Shown here: piece by piece, positions 42,932 through 52,731 of the stretch | Position numbering within the stretch: the stretch's first letter is position 1 | How the letters are laid out: each line of letters starts with the position of its first letter | Assembly (NCBI GenBank): GCA_041690135.1 | Contig: JAWLHY010000012.1 | Coordinates: 32,001-96,000 of the forward strand | Direction of reading: 5' to 3' | Source: Armatimonadota bacterium | GTDB lineage: Bacteria; Armatimonadota; SYMT01 | Length of the DNA: 64,000 nt | The notes under the pieces: generated by a model | What the model saw: only the letters and a program-made list of their open reading frames with translations | What the model was told of the DNA's origin: nothing | Databases searched by the model: none | Translations under genes and position numbers: made by a program

Positions 42932-43318
42932 TCAGTACGGCTCCGATTGCCGGACCCACCCCCCGATGACGGCGCACACCATCAGGGCGGCGTTGTGGAT
43001 CACCAGCGCAAAGCCGGTCATCGCCGCCACGGCCGCGGCCACCGCGCCGAGCACCGGCGCCTGCGTCAAGCCCGACGCAATCACGCCCACGCCGAGAATC
43101 AGCACCGACAGCAGGACCGCCGGCAGCAGCGACGCCAGGAAGGCGCGCCCCGGCGTTCCGGCCCGGCGTCCGCCGATATAGCCGCCCACGCACGGCCCGA
43201 TGAACGGACCGACCACGGGGATCCACCACAGGAACAGCGTGAGCAGGAACGACAGCCCGAACATCCAGAGCATCGCACCGGCTACGCTGGATTGGCCTTC
43301 GAGAACTCGCTTTTGCAT
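42932..43318 (-). CDS. small integral membrane protein
   Basis: four hydrophobic segments, IPVVGPFIG..GGYIGG; GGAGAGG RBS. Confidence 0.8.
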   Translation of the reverse strand: MQKRVLEGQSSVAGAMLWMFGLSFLLTLFLWWIPVVGPFIGPCVGGYIGGRRAGTPGRAFLASLLPAVLLSVLILGVGVIASGLTQAPVLGAVAAAVAAMTGFALVIHNAALMVCAVIGGWVRQSEPY

Positions 43319-43578
43319 TTGGGTTTCCCTCTCCGTAACTTACAACGGTGGAGGGAGGCCCAGGTTACGCAGAAAGGAACGCGAACGCCGGAGGAGCTCG
43401 GACGTCCCGTCCGCCAGGAGGGGTAAGGTATGCGGGTGTTCGGGTGGTCAGGTGTTCGCGCCACCCCCGGTGGGTAGGCATCCGGACCCCGGTGGGACCG
43501 CCCGTAGAGGAACAAAGCGTGCCCTCGTCGAACTTCAGCCCAGCGACTATCCATGCCACGCTTCCTTCCGACCTTCTC

Positions 43579-43947
43579 ATGGCTTCCCGACGCACCACGC
43601 TCCTCTCTCCCCCGGATCCCGGCCAGCTCGTTGAGGTGCGCCAGCGCCGCTTCGTCGTCACCGAGGTGGAGAAGTCCGTCCTGCCGCCGCACCCTGCCTA
43701 CGACGGAAGTGAACGAGCCCATTTTCCCGTGCCACTCTCCACAACGGGTCTGGTCCACGGCCTCAACGAAACCAAGCAGGGGGTCCGCTATACCCTCAAC
43801 GAGACCGCCCGGCGAGACGTCCTGGGCCGGCTCCTGAAGCTGAACCGCGAGCGCTACGCGGAAGAGGTCGCCCAGGGGCTGCACTCCAAACAGAAAACAG
43901 GAGGCAGAAGGCAGAAGGCTCAAAACTTGGAGGAGAGCCGGGGCTGA
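43579..43947 (+). pseudogene. collapsed DISARM remnant: DrmD N-terminus fused to a DrmMI-type methyltransferase C-terminus
   Basis: PDPGQLVEVRQRRFVVTEV then HGLNETKQGVRYTLNETARRDVLGRLLKLNRERYAEEVAQG. Confidence 0.7.
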
Positions 43948-44055
43948 CCTCCGTGCGCCGGAAGCTGTTCGATGGGCAACTCTCGTTGGGAGAGGCGCTG
44001 GAGTAGCAACCGGTTAAAATCCCTCTCGGGCGGCTCGGGCCGCTGTCGAGGCTGA

Positions 44056-44364
44056 ATGATGCGGATTCAATCAATCTACGCCCACAACTTCAAGTCGCTG
44101 GTCGATTTCAACCTGGAACTGGCCCAGTTCACCTGCCTCATCGGCCTCAACGGCGCGGGAAAGTCGACGGTGCTCCAGTTGGTGGATTTCCTCGCTCAGC
44201 AGGCGCGGGGGGACTTGAAGGGTTGGCTTGCCGAACGAGGCTGGAAAGCGGCGGACCTGAACTCGCGGCTTACTCCATCTGCCTGGACCCCAATCTGGGG
44301 CAAGCAAGTGAACAGCGGCCAGGTACGCAATTCCCTGGCCGCTGTCGTTCGGAAGTACCCCTAA
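44056..44364 (+). pseudogene. truncated ABC/AAA_21-type ATPase (N-terminus only)
   Basis: IQSIYAHNFKSL...LIGLNGAGKST Walker A; no Walker B before the stop. Confidence 0.8.
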
Positions 44365-44675
44365 ATATCATGAATTAGAGTACTGTCCGAACAATCGACG
44401 AGCTCTGGTTCAGGCGGCTCTGGACCACCCGGATCCAGGATCTGTCGGAGCGCCCACATTAGCCTGTCGGGTTGCACCTTCTGGATGCCAGCCGGAATAA
44501 GTTCACCCTTCTCCAGTTCGCAAATGCGTCCGGAGTGCAGATCTACCTGTAAGCGATTCGCCAGTGCTAAAGCCAGCTGTTGCTGTGACATCCGGCTAGC
44601 AAGACGCTTTTCGGTCATCCAACGACCAAACGCCGTAGGTCTTTCCCTGTCGGCGTGCGGAGCAACTCTTGGCAT
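44361..44675 (-). CDS. XRE-like HTH protein
   Basis: FGRWMTEKRLASRMSQQQLA...ICELEKG; GAGG RBS. Confidence 0.6.
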   Translation of the reverse strand: MPRVAPHADRERPTAFGRWMTEKRLASRMSQQQLALALANRLQVDLHSGRICELEKGELIPAGIQKVQPDRLMWALRQILDPGGPEPPEPELVDCSDSTLIHDI

Positions 44676-45199
44676 ATTATGCCTCCTACTTAAGACAGTA
44701 AGCAGGACAGCGTGCCGCTTGCCTCGAACGTCGCTACATGATACGATCGAGCGGCGATCAAGACGGGCGGTACCTGCCTCGATTCAGATTCACCTAATGA
44801 AGATCGCCTCATCCCGAACCCTAGGTTGCCAACCACACTCGGGATTGCTTCTTATACGCTCCACCGTGCGGCGATCCGTTCACGGTGGAGCTTTTTCGTC
44901 TGCCCATGTTTGCTTGTTCCCAGTTCTCTCGGCGATTCTATATCATGGGCGGATAATAGCGTCAAGGCTTGTTCGCGGTAACTACGCTCTTGTTCGAGAA
45001 TTTGGCTCGAAGGATACCCCTTCTTCGCAGAAGCCACCTCGTACGCACGGCGCAGCTAGCTCATTCTGTTACAGTTCGCCGCAATATCCGCGAACAGAAT
45101 TCCCGGCCCTGGCCACGTCGCGAAGATTTCATGCTAGTTCGCTTGGACATGACAGGAGTTCTTGGCTATACTCGATTTGGCAGGAACTTGGAGGACGGC

Positions 45200-46009
45200 A
45201 TGTCGGACACCAACGAACTCAAAGCGAAGAAGCATACAGCAGCTCGCGGCTACCCAGGAATTGATCTCGAGAAAGCTATCGAATTGGCTCGGTTGCTGTA
45301 TGAGCGAGAACGGCGGCAACCAACTCCTGTGGAGGTGGTCATTGAACAACACTGGGGTATGTCTTCAACCAGTAGTACGGCACGCCTCAGCTTGGCAGCT
45401 TTGAAGAAATTTGGTCTGTTGGAATCCGAAGGTGCCGAGGTGCATCTAACAGATCGAGCACTTGATGTCTTGAATCCAAATCCCGACGACCCCAAGAGGT
45501 CCCAAGAGGCACTTCGTGCTGCCGCACTCGATCCCCCACTTCATCGAGAACTGTGGGAGAAACACCGCGGTAAGACGGAACAAAGCATTTCCTGGTATTT
45601 GGATCGCCAGCGCAACTTCAGTCCGGCTGCAATCAAGGAGGCACTTCGAAACTATCAACGAAGCCTCGCGTTCGCTGGTCTGAGTGGTGATGATATCAAC
45701 CGATCGCCGGAGGCGGATCCCGACTCACAAGAGTCGCAGCGCACAGCAATTGGCTTACCGGATTCGCCTGTCGGCATCGGAGGACACCAGTATCATGCTA
45801 GCGGCTTAGGTGCAATTGCGTATGGAAGTACCTACGGAGCACCTCCGCCTGATCAAGGAGGGGCACCTCCGATAGTACTTACACTACCCACCACCCAAGG
45901 GAAGGCCGTTGAGATTCGCTTCCCGTTCAGAGTCTCCAAGAGAGAGTTCGATCGGCTTCGAACGATGTTCGAACTCTCTGAACCGGCCTTCGTCGACGAA
46001 GACGCTTGA
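45200..46009 (+). CDS. uncharacterised winged-helix protein
   Basis: YPGIDLEKAIELA...LAALKKFGLLE...LTDRA; GGAGGA RBS. Confidence 0.75.
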   Translation: MSDTNELKAKKHTAARGYPGIDLEKAIELARLLYERERRQPTPVEVVIEQHWGMSSTSSTARLSLAALKKFGLLESEGAEVHLTDRALDVLNPNPDDPKRSQEALRAAALDPPLHRELWEKHRGKTEQSISWYLDRQRNFSPAAIKEALRNYQRSLAFAGLSGDDINRSPEADPDSQESQRTAIGLPDSPVGIGGHQYHASGLGAIAYGSTYGAPPPDQGGAPPIVLTLPTTQGKAVEIRFPFRVSKREFDRLRTMFELSEPAFVDEDA

Positions 46010-46635
46010 TGGACCAAGCACTGTATATTTGCAGGGCAGCGTGGACGACTAAGTTCCGGGGCGGGACGATGTCACCGAAGGCAACAGGACGCTTCGGAGT
46101 TGGAAAGCCAAATGGCCCCACTACTATACGGGCCCTAGAACCCGAGTTCGTGGACGGCTCGGCAACGGCGTGTCCCCGGACCCGCTGCTGGAAGCCCTCG
46201 GCCCTCGGGTGTTCGCTGCTACTCTGCGCAACATCGAGAAGGAGAGCGGGGCCACGGATTCCCGTCGAGCCTATCTCCAGCAGCCGGAGGTAGGGTTTTC
46301 CTCAAAAGGAGCCATAAGGGAGACCTGGCGGTTAGAACAGGCTTATGCGCTTCATGGGAAACGTCGACCGGCCAAACTGAGCAAGCTCGACTGGCCGGAA
46401 GTTCCGGTCGGCTAACGCGGGAAGTAGGTGGCGCCCACTGTAGCGTCGAGGGATTCCGGCCGATACCGGGTAAGATACTGAAAACACGCAACGAACACGG
46501 CTTTCAGAGAAGGGTGGGGGACCGACTTCGTATTCCTGAGTGGTTGGCCCTTCTGTCGCAGGCCGTTTCAGTTTTGGTAAGAGTCGTGATCCAGCCCAGG
46601 AAGGGCGCTCGGAGAACGGGTGTGGGAGAAGAGCA

Positions 46636-47603
46636 TGGCGAAGAAAGTAGTGGGCATTGTCAATCTCCGCTGCCCCGCCGGAAAGGCCACGACCGCGCCC
46701 CCCGTGGGCCCGGCGCTCGGTCAGTATGGTGTCAACATCTCGGAGTTTGTCAAGACGTACAACGAGCGCACCGCCGCTCAGACGGGCACCATTGTCCCGG
46801 TCGAGATCACCATCTTCGAAGACCGGACCTTCTCCTTTGTCACCAAGACCCCAACCGTTTCGGATCTCATAAAAAAGGCCGCGGGCGTGCCCTACGGTTC
46901 GAGCGTCCACCGCATGGTGATGGTCGCCAAGGTCAACCGGGACCGGCGTTCAGATTCCCACCCTCGACGGGAAGCACGTCTAATATTAGATCGGCAAAGC
47001 AATCAGCACCTGCCCGGCCCACAGTCGCCCGCAACACCTAAACGAGCTAACTTTCCCAAAAGTGCGTCGGACAAGTCCCACAGTCCTATCTCCGATCGGA
47101 TCATTTCAGTACTCGCCAAGTCTCACCGAGGCCGGACGGTTTCCGAGATAAGCATCCTTATGGGCGCGGCTCCGGACGAGGTTTCACCCGCGCTGACTCA
47201 ACTCGCATTGGAAGGGCGGGTGGCGGTCCGCCAGTCCCGGTATTTCCTGCTGGTCTCTCCCCCAGCCCCGGTACACGAACCGGAGGCCGGAACATCCGCT
47301 GAGGTCGAACCGGCGGTGACGGGTACACTGGTGCAACAGTACCGGGGATGGATCGATCTCATCGAAGAAGATACGGCTTACCTCACCCTGGAAGATGATG
47401 CGGGCCACGTCGTCGACGCGGAGTACGCTTCCGCCCCACTCCTGGAGAGGGGTTTTACTGCGGGAGATCGTTTGGTCTGTGAGTTCTTCCGTACCCCGTC
47501 CGGCATACAGATGCGCTTTAATCCGCAACCTCGGCGGGAGTTGACCGAAGAGGAACTGGACGAGCTGAAAGCGAAATGGGAGCGGGTAGCCGACGCGTTT
47601 TAG
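46636..47603 (+). CDS. fusion: ribosomal protein L11 N-terminal ~100 aa + wHTH + OB-like domain
   Basis: MAKKVVG...[21 protein letters not shown]...[28 protein letters not shown] followed by non-L11 sequence in the same frame. Confidence 0.85.
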
Positions 47604-47720
47604 CTCACTCTGTGGATTGCGCTATGCCGTCCGGCGCCACCTAGGGCCAATCGGGTCCTCGCGCCCCTCTCTTCTTTCCCGCGGTTCCGGCCGCCGCGTG
47701 CCGTTCTCATTCCATTTCTC

Positions 47721-48869
47721 TTGATGCTGGGTCTCCATGTCCTCAACGCCGGCAAAGGCGAAAGCGTGGTGCTGGAATTGCCGGGCCACCGCTGGGGGGT
47801 CGTCGATTGCTACGCCCCCACTCCCGATGATCCGGAAACGAATCCCACTACCCGCTTTCTGTCGGAGCGCGGGGTTGGTGAGCTCGAATTCCTCTGCCTC
47901 ACCCACCCTCACGACGATCACTACCGGGGAATGAGTGATCTCATTCGCCGGTTCCCCCCCAAACAGTTCTGGCGCTCGGCGGCCATGACTCCCCCGCATC
48001 TCTATGGCTACTGTCTCGATGCGCTGGGGTCGTGCGGCGACGCGCGGTACGCGCAGCAGAGTGCCACGGACTATTGGAAGCTGCTGGATCACGTCAGAAC
48101 CCTGCGCGCTTCCGGCCTGGAGGAACGGCCTGTCTGTGGCCCGATGCCGCTTTACCCCCCGCAGGTTTCCATTACCCCATCCGCCGCCCCTGCAGAGGTC
48201 AGTATTTGGGCTGTGGGGCCTCCGCCTGGGCAAGTGGGACTGTACCAGGATGGGCTCGCTCGGTGTTTTGACGCTCAGGGGCGGGTGCGTTTCGATAGAT
48301 CGCAGCCCAACCCGAACAACGTGTCGGTTGCGCTCTTGGTGATCTATGGCGAAACCCGGATTCTTCTTGGCGGTGACCTTGAGCAAGAGGGCTGGTCGGA
48401 AGTCCTCACCAACCTGCGCGATCCCGCCGAGGAGCTTCCTTCCCATGTGGTGAAGGTCAGCCACCACGGCTCCTCCAACGGCTATTGTGACGGTCTTTGG
48501 ACCATCCTGGCGGGGCGTGGGAAGCCGGTTTCCGTCATCACTCCTTACTGGAAGTCCAAGCTGCCGAGCCGCGAAGGGCTTGAAGAAATCAGGCGTCATT
48601 CGCGCCGGGTGTTCACCACCTGCGGCCCCGCGATCCGCGAAGAGGCGCAGACGTTCGCGTTCTGGCAGGGGTTTCCACGGGATGTTGATTTCTTCATCCG
48701 AAACCAGTTCGGCGCGTTTCGGCAGCGCGGGAGCTGGCCTTCCGGCATCGTTTCCCTTCAGTTCGACAGCCACGGCCGCTGTGTCGCGGAAAACTGCACC
48801 GGGGCGGCCGCCGTGATGTACGACGACCACGCTCCCCCGCCGGAGGCTCCCGCCGGTCACGAAGCATAA
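47721..48869 (+). CDS. ComEC/Rec2-type metallo-beta-lactamase fold hydrolase
   Basis: LNAGKGES, THPHDDH, NNVSV, GGDLE, KVSHHGS. Confidence 0.9.
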   Translation: MMLGLHVLNAGKGESVVLELPGHRWGVVDCYAPTPDDPETNPTTRFLSERGVGELEFLCLTHPHDDHYRGMSDLIRRFPPKQFWRSAAMTPPHLYGYCLDALGSCGDARYAQQSATDYWKLLDHVRTLRASGLEERPVCGPMPLYPPQVSITPSAAPAEVSIWAVGPPPGQVGLYQDGLARCFDAQGRVRFDRSQPNPNNVSVALLVIYGETRILLGGDLEQEGWSEVLTNLRDPAEELPSHVVKVSHHGSSNGYCDGLWTILAGRGKPVSVITPYWKSKLPSREGLEEIRRHSRRVFTTCGPAIREEAQTFAFWQGFPRDVDFFIRNQFGAFRQRGSWPSGIVSLQFDSHGRCVAENCTGAAAVMYDDHAPPPEAPAGHEA

Positions 48870-49241
48870 GCGAACGAGATCTCCCCTGCGCATATCAAGA
48901 TCATCTACGGCAATCGAAAGCATGTGGCGCTGATTGTTCTTGTCAACCACCGGTTGATGCCGCTGCTGGAGAAACCGGATGAGGCGATCCCGGATCGCAC
49001 GACCCTCATGGTACTGCAGATCGCTGGCGAGGCGCCGAAGCGACGGGCGCCTTAAGTTCGCCACGCATAAGAGTCTCACCCTCAGTCCATACATTCTTTG
49101 TGATTCATAAATGGGAGGTAAGTCGGAGGCTTCTGGCAAACTCACATTTGGATGCTTGTTTGACGAGCTATCGTGATGTCTTGGCGCACGTAGAAGCACG
49201 TGCCTCCGGAGACTTCCAGCGGCCTACCTTGGGAGAGCCAA

Positions 49242-51212
49242 ATGGCGAATACGTCGGTTGAGATCTCAGAAACAGCCCACCCGGCTGCGAAGGGGGTGCG
49301 AGAGCCACTGCCGCGTTTCAGTCTGTTCCAGTTGACGCTCCCATATGCCAGGGAGGTGCTGTTTAAGAGTCGCGGCTCACTCGTTGCCCTGGTTCTGCTG
49401 GGCCTGGTTGCGGGGGTGTTTCCCGCAATAAAGAGTCAGGTGGAGTCGGCGCTGATAAGGCAAGTGGACGCAGTGCTCTCCGGTCGCATCGATCAATCCA
49501 CGCTCCAGAACGGCGGAGTGCTCGCCCTCCCGTTGAGCCCTCCCGCTCCACTACGCGACGTGGATAGTGCGGACCTGCCGGCTAGATTCACTACCTTGCT
49601 CGTCCAGTACACCACCATCGGCATGGCACCCGTGCTCTTTATGATCCTTGCGCTGGTTACTGCGACTCTGGCCTACTTGTCCACGGTTCTCCAGACCCGA
49701 ATCACGCAGGGATTCTATCAAACGCTCCGCCGGTCCGCGATGGAGAAGGCCCTTAACGCAGACCCCAGTCGGGTCCCATCGGTCACCAACGCAGCAGGTC
49801 AGTATGCTACCGCCATCCAGCAAGGTGCCACCAGTATCGGTGCCTCTTACGGTTACCTGATCGATGTGAGCCAGTACTTGCTGGCTCTCGCTACCACGCT
49901 CCTGCTGATCGGCTCCAAGAGTATTCCTTTTGCCGTAAGCTGTTTGGTTCTCGCCGCGGGGCAGGTAGGTGTAAGCATTTTTCGCGCTCGGCGGCTTGAG
50001 CACGCCCGCAAGACGTTGGACACACAGAGAAATGACCTTGTAGCACGCACCGATGACATCCTCTCCCGACGTGAACTGATCCTTGCCTACGATCAGCAAG
50101 AACGCTACGCAAGTAAACTCCAGGAGTTCACCGGTAAGTACGCGGACATCCAGCGGCGAATCGACATTCAGGAGTCCCTGTACTCCGGCCTGGCGGATCT
50201 GGTCACGGATACCGGTAAGATCGGGATCCTTATCACCACGCTGGTGATTGCGGGGACAGTCGGAGCGACGTCAATCAACAATATCGGCGATGCCTACTTC
50301 CTAATCAGCATCTATGTGCGGATCTTCGTCCCCATCTCAAACCTGCTGAACCGCTACGACCGCATCAAAGAGTCGGAGGCCGTCTCTCGCACGTTTCTTC
50401 AGGTACTTCAGTCCCACGGCGATGCACCGGAGCCTGCCCCTCAACCAGTGCACCCGATCGCGGATGATGTGGCCATCGCCTTTCATGAGGTCAGATTCAA
50501 GTACGACTCCACCACGAGTCCGCCCACAGAACACTGGATCCTCAACGGGTGCACCTTCACTGTGCCCAGAGGTGGGATGACGTTGCTTGTCGGCCCCTCG
50601 GGAAGTGGCAAGACCACCATCGCCCGCCTGCTGCTCGGGTTCTGGCCAATCACTTGTGGTGAAGCAACCGTCCTCGGGAAGAGCCTCGCGGATTGGCAGG
50701 GGGAAAACCTCCGCAACCGTCTCGACTATGTCCCGCAGAATGAGCACCTGGTGGATGAGACGGTTCGTGAGAACCTGACCTGGGGGGAAAAGTGCGACGA
50801 TGTTGAGCTCCTCCAGGTGCTGCAGCAGGTCGGCCTCGACAAGTCAGGAATACTGGATAAGCAGGCGAAGACCCTGTCTGGGGGCGAGCAGCAGCGCTTG
50901 TCCGTTGCCCGGATGTTGCTCGGTAAGTCCGAGATCGCTATTCTCGATGAGCCGTTGGCGGGGGTGGATGTCTTCACCTTGCGCGATGTCATGCCGCACG
51001 TTGTCAAGAAGCTCGAGTCTCCTGATCAGACCTTCCTGATGATCAGTCATCGGGTGAGTTTTGCGCGCCATGCCGCTCACGTTATCGTGCTGAACGATGA
51101 GGGAGCCGTAACCGAGGAAGGGAGTCCAGAGGAACTGCTGGGACGGAATGGCGCGTTTGCGCGTGCTTATCAGGCATCCCAAGAAGAGTTGGGTGTTTGG
51201 AAGGCCGTATAA
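49242..51212 (+). CDS. ABC exporter, fused permease and ATPase
   Basis: TM domain; GPSGSGKT, LSGGEQQR, ILDEP, ISHR. Confidence 0.9.
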   Translation: MANTSVEISETAHPAAKGVREPLPRFSLFQLTLPYAREVLFKSRGSLVALVLLGLVAGVFPAIKSQVESALIRQVDAVLSGRIDQSTLQNGGVLALPLSPPAPLRDVDSADLPARFTTLLVQYTTIGMAPVLFMILALVTATLAYLSTVLQTRITQGFYQTLRRSAMEKALNADPSRVPSVTNAAGQYATAIQQGATSIGASYGYLIDVSQYLLALATTLLLIGSKSIPFAVSCLVLAAGQVGVSIFRARRLEHARKTLDTQRNDLVARTDDILSRRELILAYDQQERYASKLQEFTGKYADIQRRIDIQESLYSGLADLVTDTGKIGILITTLVIAGTVGATSINNIGDAYFLISIYVRIFVPISNLLNRYDRIKESEAVSRTFLQVLQSHGDAPEPAPQPVHPIADDVAIAFHEVRFKYDSTTSPPTEHWILNGCTFTVPRGGMTLLVGPSGSGKTTIARLLLGFWPITCGEATVLGKSLADWQGENLRNRLDYVPQNEHLVDETVRENLTWGEKCDDVELLQVLQQVGLDKSGILDKQAKTLSGGEQQRLSVARMLLGKSEIAILDEPLAGVDVFTLRDVMPHVVKKLESPDQTFLMISHRVSFARHAAHVIVLNDEGAVTEEGSPEELLGRNGAFARAYQASQEELGVWKAV

Positions 51213-51829
51213 GGCTGCTCGAGAGGGGAGGGGGAAATGGCCGGTCAAAGACATGGTGGAGACCCGCAGGCGCGACTATTCCTGAAGTGGCGCACGATAC
51301 CGAGCGACCTCCAGCCACCCATTCGCTAGCCCCTTATGTGATTCTTGGGGCGCTGGCCTGCAGTCTCGACAAGCGGGTACTACCCCTGCTAACTTCATCA
51401 ACCCCGTTCCATGGGCCGTATGCGTTTCCGCTTGACGAGGATCTCGCGCAGATGGAGTTCTACGGTGCCGTCGAACGGGTCGAGCATCCGCCATATGGCC
51501 CCCGTTATCGGACCACATCGGGGACGGAGACGCTGATTGAGAAGTATGGAGACGGGCTGGACCAGTGGCAACAACAGTTGCACTTCGTTGCGAATCGAGT
51601 CTCCACGAAGACCGTCCGGGAGTTGGAAGCGCTCTGCACCTTGATCTATGTTGCCACCGATGAGGCGAGCGGGATGCGGGATACGGAGAGTTGGGTCGCC
51701 CAGGTGCGGGCACTCAAGCCGCATCTTACGGATGCCGACCTTGCGCGCGCCCTGGACGAATACTTGGCCCTGACCAGGGACGCGCAGCACCTCACATCGC
51801 CGGCCTATGGGGTTGGGGGAGCTAACTGA
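51197..51829 (+). pseudogene. YwgA/DarG-C-like winged-helix protein with apparently degraded N-terminus
   Basis: HGPYAFPLDEDL and RELEALCTLIYV...LKP motifs; no convincing start. Confidence 0.5.
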
Positions 51830-52185
51830 GCAAATTTGACCTGGTCTTGCGCCGGGTTAACTCCGTCGGGGTTTCGCCCTGCAGTAACCTCGGGCTTGTA
51901 GTCCGAGGCGGGCACCGGTGACATGCGTCCGGCCGGTCTCCTGGAACTGTGTCGGAATACTCCACCTCGGACTGTCCTGCCGACGCGGTTTTGTGTCCGT
52001 ACGGACACCCCGGAGGGATAGGGAGCGCCAGAATTCCCGTATGAGGGGCGCGAACTTGCCCATTTGGGATTTCATCCCGTCGCGGGTCGTGCACAATCGG
52101 ATTGCCTTGCTGGCTCTATGCCCCGTGGGATGTAACACTTAATCACCTGTCAAGCATACTTTCATATCTTGTATTGGAGTGGCGG

Positions 52186-52572
52186 ATGAGTGAACTAGGG
52201 GACACGGGCGAAGGCGGGATTCTCGCAGCGGAGACTCCTTCTGCTCATCGGCTGCGCCGGATGCTGGAGGACGCTGTCGTCCACGACCTCCTCGGCCCGG
52301 CGAACGGACCGGAAGAGGAGTTCGACGAGTTCCACGTCAGCGAGCGCTACCTGGCCGGGATGCTGGCACCGCGCAAGCAGCGGGTCGGTGCGGAGCTTCT
52401 CGACGCGCTGGAGGTATCCGACGAAGCTCCCGAGGACGGCCCCGCCGAGACTTCCACGCGCCAAATGGAGCTCGGTGTCCTCATCCGCGGCGGCGAGCTC
52501 CCGCGCCAGGTCGCCCGCCACTTCCACGCCCTCCTCCAAGTCGGCGCCCTCTGCCGCCTGAATCCCAACTGA
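52186..52572 (+). pseudogene. collapsed DISARM remnant: DrmA N-terminus fused to DrmC (PLD) C-terminus
   Basis: DLLGPANGPEEE...SERYLAGMLAP then MELGVLIRGGELPRQVARHFHALLQVGAL. Confidence 0.72.
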
Positions 52573-52604
52573 CACACTCTCATCCTGCTACTCACCAATG
52601 CTGG

Positions 52605-52690
52605 CGGGCGAGACACCCGCCCCACTCCGCTCCCTTCGTGATCGTAATCTTGATCTTGATCGAACTCCGGCGAGCGAGACGACCTCACCC
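52605..52690. repeat. REP-like family B copies in reverse orientation
   Basis: GCGGGCGAGACACCCGCCCCAC plus GTGATCGTAATCTTGATCTTGATCGAACT, mirroring 29261-29432. Confidence 0.7.
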
Positions 52691-52731
52691 CTCCACCCTC
52701 ACTTCGCACCTCGCACTTCGTACCTCACCCC

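Noticed and set aside
46636-46950. Canonical rplK gene or frameshifted rplK
   Set aside because: Most of the rRNA-binding domain is missing in all frames checked and the nusG/rplA context is absent
43579-52572. Intact integrative element or prophage
   Set aside because: No integrase, transposase, phage genes or att repeats were seen
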